64,000 nt of DNA. Origin: Albugo candida. Its lineage: Eukaryota. The notes under the pieces are model-generated. The model made no database searches. It was given only the letters and a program-made list of their open reading frames with translations, and had not been told where the DNA came from. Both the position numbers and the translations under genes were made by a program. This document shows positions 59,408-64,000 of the stretch, in pieces (positions within the stretch are counted from its first letter, which is position 1; every line of letters starts with the position of its first letter). The DNA lies in NCBI GenBank assembly GCA_040437565.1, contig JBDOQK010000036.1:248001-312000 (forward strand), written 5' to 3'.

Positions 59408-62400
59408 CTACTCAAAATTGTCAGCATCGTCGTACATTTCCTCCTCGTCCGCCGGTGAATTTGTGGGCGCTTCGGCGCTCTGTTGCATTATTGGATCAGT
59501 GACAAAGTCATCCGCCTCGTACGTCGGCTCCAATTCGTCTTCTTCAAAACCTTCATCGTACTCGTTGGCGTACTCGACCACATCAACAGCAGAAGCAGAC
59601 TCTTCTTGATCGTTCTCTTTTCGAGTCTTCTGGTCCGAAATTCTCAAAGTGGAGACCAATTGCAAAGTCTCCATCGATGGTATAAAAACCTCCGCGGAAA
59701 CCGACTCGACTTTTGGCGATTCATCGACTTCTATCCGAAACAGCCCGCTCGTTAGCTCAGTATCAGCTTTCTCGTCTATCGTTGGCGGAACACAAGCTTC
59801 CGAATCGGATGAAAGCAAAGTGTTGTCACTTTCATCGTATGGATTGATCATTTCGTGATTCTCTATGACGGAAGTAGCCTCTACGCTCTCCGATTGACTC
59901 AGCACTGAAATAGCATTTTCTATCACATCAATGACTTCTGGCAGCGCTACTTGGAACTCGAGAGGCTTGACGGGCCTTGGATCAACTCTTGCTTGCTCGA
60001 TTCTTTGCACAATCATTTGAATGAGATTGCTGCACTCCAACCGATGACGCTCATCAGTCTCACTTACGAACGGAGATATCACAATCTCCATGAGATTCTG
60101 ATCTATCCGCTCTTCCATTTCCATCGCGTCGACTTCCAATACCTCGTCATCTACCGATTTTAGAACTGTCATCTCTTTGGACTCATCGCGAATCTGTTTT
60201 TGGTCTTCTTCTATTTCGGACTCGATCGTCTCTTTCGGCTCCCTGCGGCCTTCGTCAACATTGAGATTGGTGTCGTCTTCGGAGTCAAAGTCGTTTTCTT
60301 GGGCTAATTCTTCCATTACGTCTGTGATATCCGCTTCAGGTTCGATGACAATGTTTTCCGCTTCCTCGATTGCCTGCACTATTTCCACCTTTGGAACCTC
60401 TTCGGCGTCTGTTTTCATATCATCGACCGCATCGTATTGTTCATCGTATTCACCTTCCAATTCGAGATCTCCTTCATCTACGTCTACTGTTGAAGGCTCG
60501 TCCTTCTCTATTGATACAACTTTCACGCCCATTTCCTCTTTGGCCGCTTCGTCGATCTGAATTGGAGCTTTTTCATCGATTGATACATCCTCCCGGCTTT
60601 CCATTTTCTCTTCTTCTAACGATAAATCCCTAACTTCATCGAGAGCTGCAAATGGAGGTTCCAGGCTTCCTATTGCTGATTCGACGCCCACGGCGTCGCT
60701 GATTTCAATCTGATCTTCCACGTACTGCTGATCCTCATTCTGACCTTCTACAACCTCCATCGAAGCTTCCTTTTCCTTTGAAGTATCGCCCGCGCAATGA
60801 ATTCGGTCAGTCTCCTCTTCTGACTCTAGGAAATCATTGACGCAATCCAAAGCCAAAGCTGAAGCTGTTACCTCGTGAGTTTCTATCGGTATTTCTCTCC
60901 TCTCCTCTTCCACGTGCTCCTCCGCCAAGTTCGACGCTTTCTCATCCTCCAAAGAATTGTTTGGGCTTTGTACTCTGTCCACTTCCTCTTCCGATTCTGA
61001 ATATTCGTCCAAAGGCGAAGGTGGAGAGTCATGGCTCTCTATGGCTTCCTCTTCATACAGAACGTCTTCCGGAGTCTCCTTCTGATCTTCCAGGCATTCC
61101 TCGGTCTCTACGTGAGCTTCTATATTCATCACGGGATGATGCAACTCTTCCGCCTCCTCCATAATCGCGTCCAGCCTTGCGACTTCTTCGGATTTCTCTA
61201 TAAGCGCTCTGCGTGGTAATCTGTCCTCTCGAAACCTCACATTATCATCGATATCGACGCTCAGACAATCGTTTCGATCATTTTGACTCTCTTTAGCGAG
61301 CGATTTCGCCAGCACGCAATCGGTAAGCATACCATTCACAAAATTCGACGCAATTTGCGGTACAAAAGCGCCAACTTCCACCGAAGTCTTTAGAGCATCC
61401 GAGGGCTTATCATAGTCGCTAATCTCCAGTCTTTCTTGACGATGATCCAACAATGTCTCCGCGGCGATCGGATCTTCGGTTAAAAGGTCTGCTGTCATGC
61501 TTCCCCATTCAAAATCCTCATCGTCGTAGAATGCGTCTAAATTCTCTTGAGAGTGTGGAGACGTGCTCTCTTCCTTGCCATTGACGATACACGAAGCTTC
61601 TCCGATAAAATCGATGACACTTTCCTCAGACTCGATCAGAGTGTTCACCGTAATATCTTCGACAGCTGGGTCGTTTACGTTCGGTAATGCGTCCTCAGGC
61701 GCAGGTTGAACGTCTTTGACCTCGATGGACTGAGGATGCTCTTCAATTACGTAATCAAGAGGATCCTCTTTCACATCAACGTCTTGGTCGATAACAGGTG
61801 TCGCTTGCACCACTGGATGCTCCGGGGTCTTTGGAGCATCCATGTGGCTCGATACGTCAGCAGCGATCGGTAAAGACGCTGACAAGAGATCAGTGGTGAC
61901 TTCCGCTTGGATAGTTTCAGCCTCTGTAGCCTGTGCCTGTGCATGTTTGATACTTTCATTCTTCTTCGACTTTGATACATTCGATGCCTTTACGACACTG
62001 TTGTTGGGACGTAAGGTCTTTGTTTCAGTCGTATTGCTTCGAGGTGCAGGTCGTTTAGGTGNNNNNNNNNNNNNNNNNNNNNNNNNNNNNNNNNNNNNNN
62101 NNNNNNNNNNNNNNNNNNNNNNNNNNNNNNNNNNNNNNNNNNNNNNNNNNNNNNNNNNNNNGGAGCATCCATGTGGCTCGATACGTCAGCAGCGATCGGT
62201 AAAGACGCTGACAAGAGATCAGTGGTGACTTCCGCTTGGATAGTTTCAGCCTCTGTAGCCTGTGCCTGTGCATGTTTGATACTTTCATTCTTCTTCGACT
62301 TTGATACATTCGATGCCTTTACGACACTGTTGTTGGGACGTAAGGTCTTTGTTTCAGTCGTATTGCTTCGAGGTGCAGGTCGTTTAGGTGGAATAGCTCG

Positions 62401-64000
62401 AGATTGTTGGCGTGAGAATTTTGTGGTCTCTGTGCTTTGGGCGCGGTCAATCATTCGATGAAGCTTTTCCGCAAACGATAAGCGCTCTTTGCTCAACGAG
62501 GATTGCTGTTCTCGAAAAAGGTCTTTGGCATATTGACTGAGAGAATCTGAGTCATGACTGAGCGATTCGGAACGTTTATTATGACCTCTCGCTTTTGTAG
62601 TTTTCAAATGCTGCGACGATGAAGTCAAATTGAGTTGTGGTTTCTGTGATAAAGTGCGTGCGATTTGTTTTACTTTAATATCATTCTGAGGCACCTTGAG
62701 CCTTTGATTCTTTGTGACCGAGTTTCGAGTGTGAGCATCTGTCAAAGCTTGAGACTTTGAGATCCCTTTTTGGAGACGCGAACGGGGTGCTGGTAGAGCA
62801 TTGGAAGAATATTCGGATCGCTTTCGTTTGCTATCTAATTTATCTTTTTGAGGTACGCCATACGTCGCCATTAATAATCGCTGACGCTCTTGCTTCATAC
62901 AGCTTGGATGCTTTTTGGACACTTTATCGGATTTGGTTCGCATGGAATCGGACGCTTTTCTCGATATATTCCAACTCGAATCCCATTCTACTCGAGTCGG
63001 GCACTGGCCACTTGATTGTGGGAAAGCTGCTGGAAATAGCGATTGGGAGGATGGAGGATTCACTCCAGATGAGCGAGTGTTTGCCGGCCGCATGGAATGA
63101 GCCTGCGTACTGGTTTTCGACGGAGAATATCCCATTTCAGCACCAGAATTCGACCAAGAAGACTGTTTTTTCGCTAGCGTGATCGCATCCAATGCGGCCG
63201 CTACGCTCTGCTGCATCCCTTCTTCTTCATTGAGAATAGCCAGCACTGCCGAGAGTACATTCATCCCGTCATTATACTGCAGTAATCGAACAGCATGCGA
63301 GTACTTTGTCACAATATAAACAAGGAATCGCCCAACTGTCCCAATAGTTTTGTGGTCTTGAGCTGGGAGCGCTTGCTTGAGGTATAAAATCATTAATATG
63401 AATGGAATGCTGTCCAGCAGTTTGTTTGTCTTCTGACACACTTTGACCCAAATAAGACAAGCAATCGACTCATTCCCTTCAAGTTGAGATAATTCGATCA
63501 AAACTTGACTCGAGTGAAAATAGACCTGACGAGTGTGAATGCTATACGTTTTGTGATGGTATAATGATTTGAATATCAGGTCTAGAAGCGTCTCCAAACG
63601 GTGAATATCGCATGAAATAGGGCCTAAAAACGCGGCGATTGCTCCAGAAGCGGAAGCCTGTACGATCGCGTCATCGGGGAAGGAGGCCATAGTGTATAGT
63701 ATACTTGGAACGATGTCATTCTGGATGAAATACTCAATGATGGATGGACGAAGAAAGCAGAATCGACGAAGTAATACGAGACAGTAACAGAGTACAATTG
63801 CCTGTGAGCCATTCGCTACGAGTAGAGCTAGTAGAAGACTGGCTCCATTGCATGAATGGAGTATGTCTGCTGTGGCGTGTGGGTACGCTCGTGAGTATTG
63901 GACCACATGGGACACAAGGGATTTTGTGGTCGGGACGTCTACAGAATGCCCGTGTAATTGCTGAAGACAAGAAATGAGATGCTCCTTCACATCATTAGGG
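59408..64000 (-). CDS. Large protein: ARM-like N-terminal region, basic linker, very long acidic C-terminal tail; 5' end may lie beyond the window
   Basis: ORFs 63990-62162 and 61885-59408 join once the gap-flank overlap (offset ~329) is collapsed. ARM-like ILYTMASFPDDAIVQASASGAI; about 800 aa are D/E-rich. Confidence 0.7.

Overview
Eukaryotic, gene-dense window (~44% GC, introns of ~45-65 nt, short intergenic spacers) from an oomycete. An elicitin-like gene and an Inr/FPR promoter support this; the compactness suggests an Albugo-like genome (inference). It holds about 28 protein-coding genes: a GDH-like protein, COQ5, a DUSP-MYND USP, a WW-PDZ-PH protein, an SPX-MFS transporter, a PX protein, Rac, a PDZ-TBC RabGAP, a cNMP-CCDC87 protein, GlnRS, eIF3b, an EDR2-like PH-START protein, myosin I, SF3B1, a formin, a PTE-like protein, an elicitin-like protein, SENP8, cysteine synthase, TMEM42, a Tim17-family protein, a C2 protein, Pcf11 and several secreted Ser/Pro-rich proteins. 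There is also a U4 snRNA gene not shown in the ORF track. Sixteen 100-N gaps, most with overlapping flanks, create false tandem duplications. Most interesting: a GDH paralogue with all catalytic residues replaced and a required 5-nt microexon; GlnRS carrying a CysRS-type C-terminal domain; a degenerate PTE fused to a treble-clef zinc finger; a natural 1-aa deletion next to the SF3B1 K700 hotspot; an FH1-less formin with CCDC53-like repeats; and a PH domain split by an Ala/Gly hydrophobic insert. All family assignments are from recalled motifs; no searches were run.
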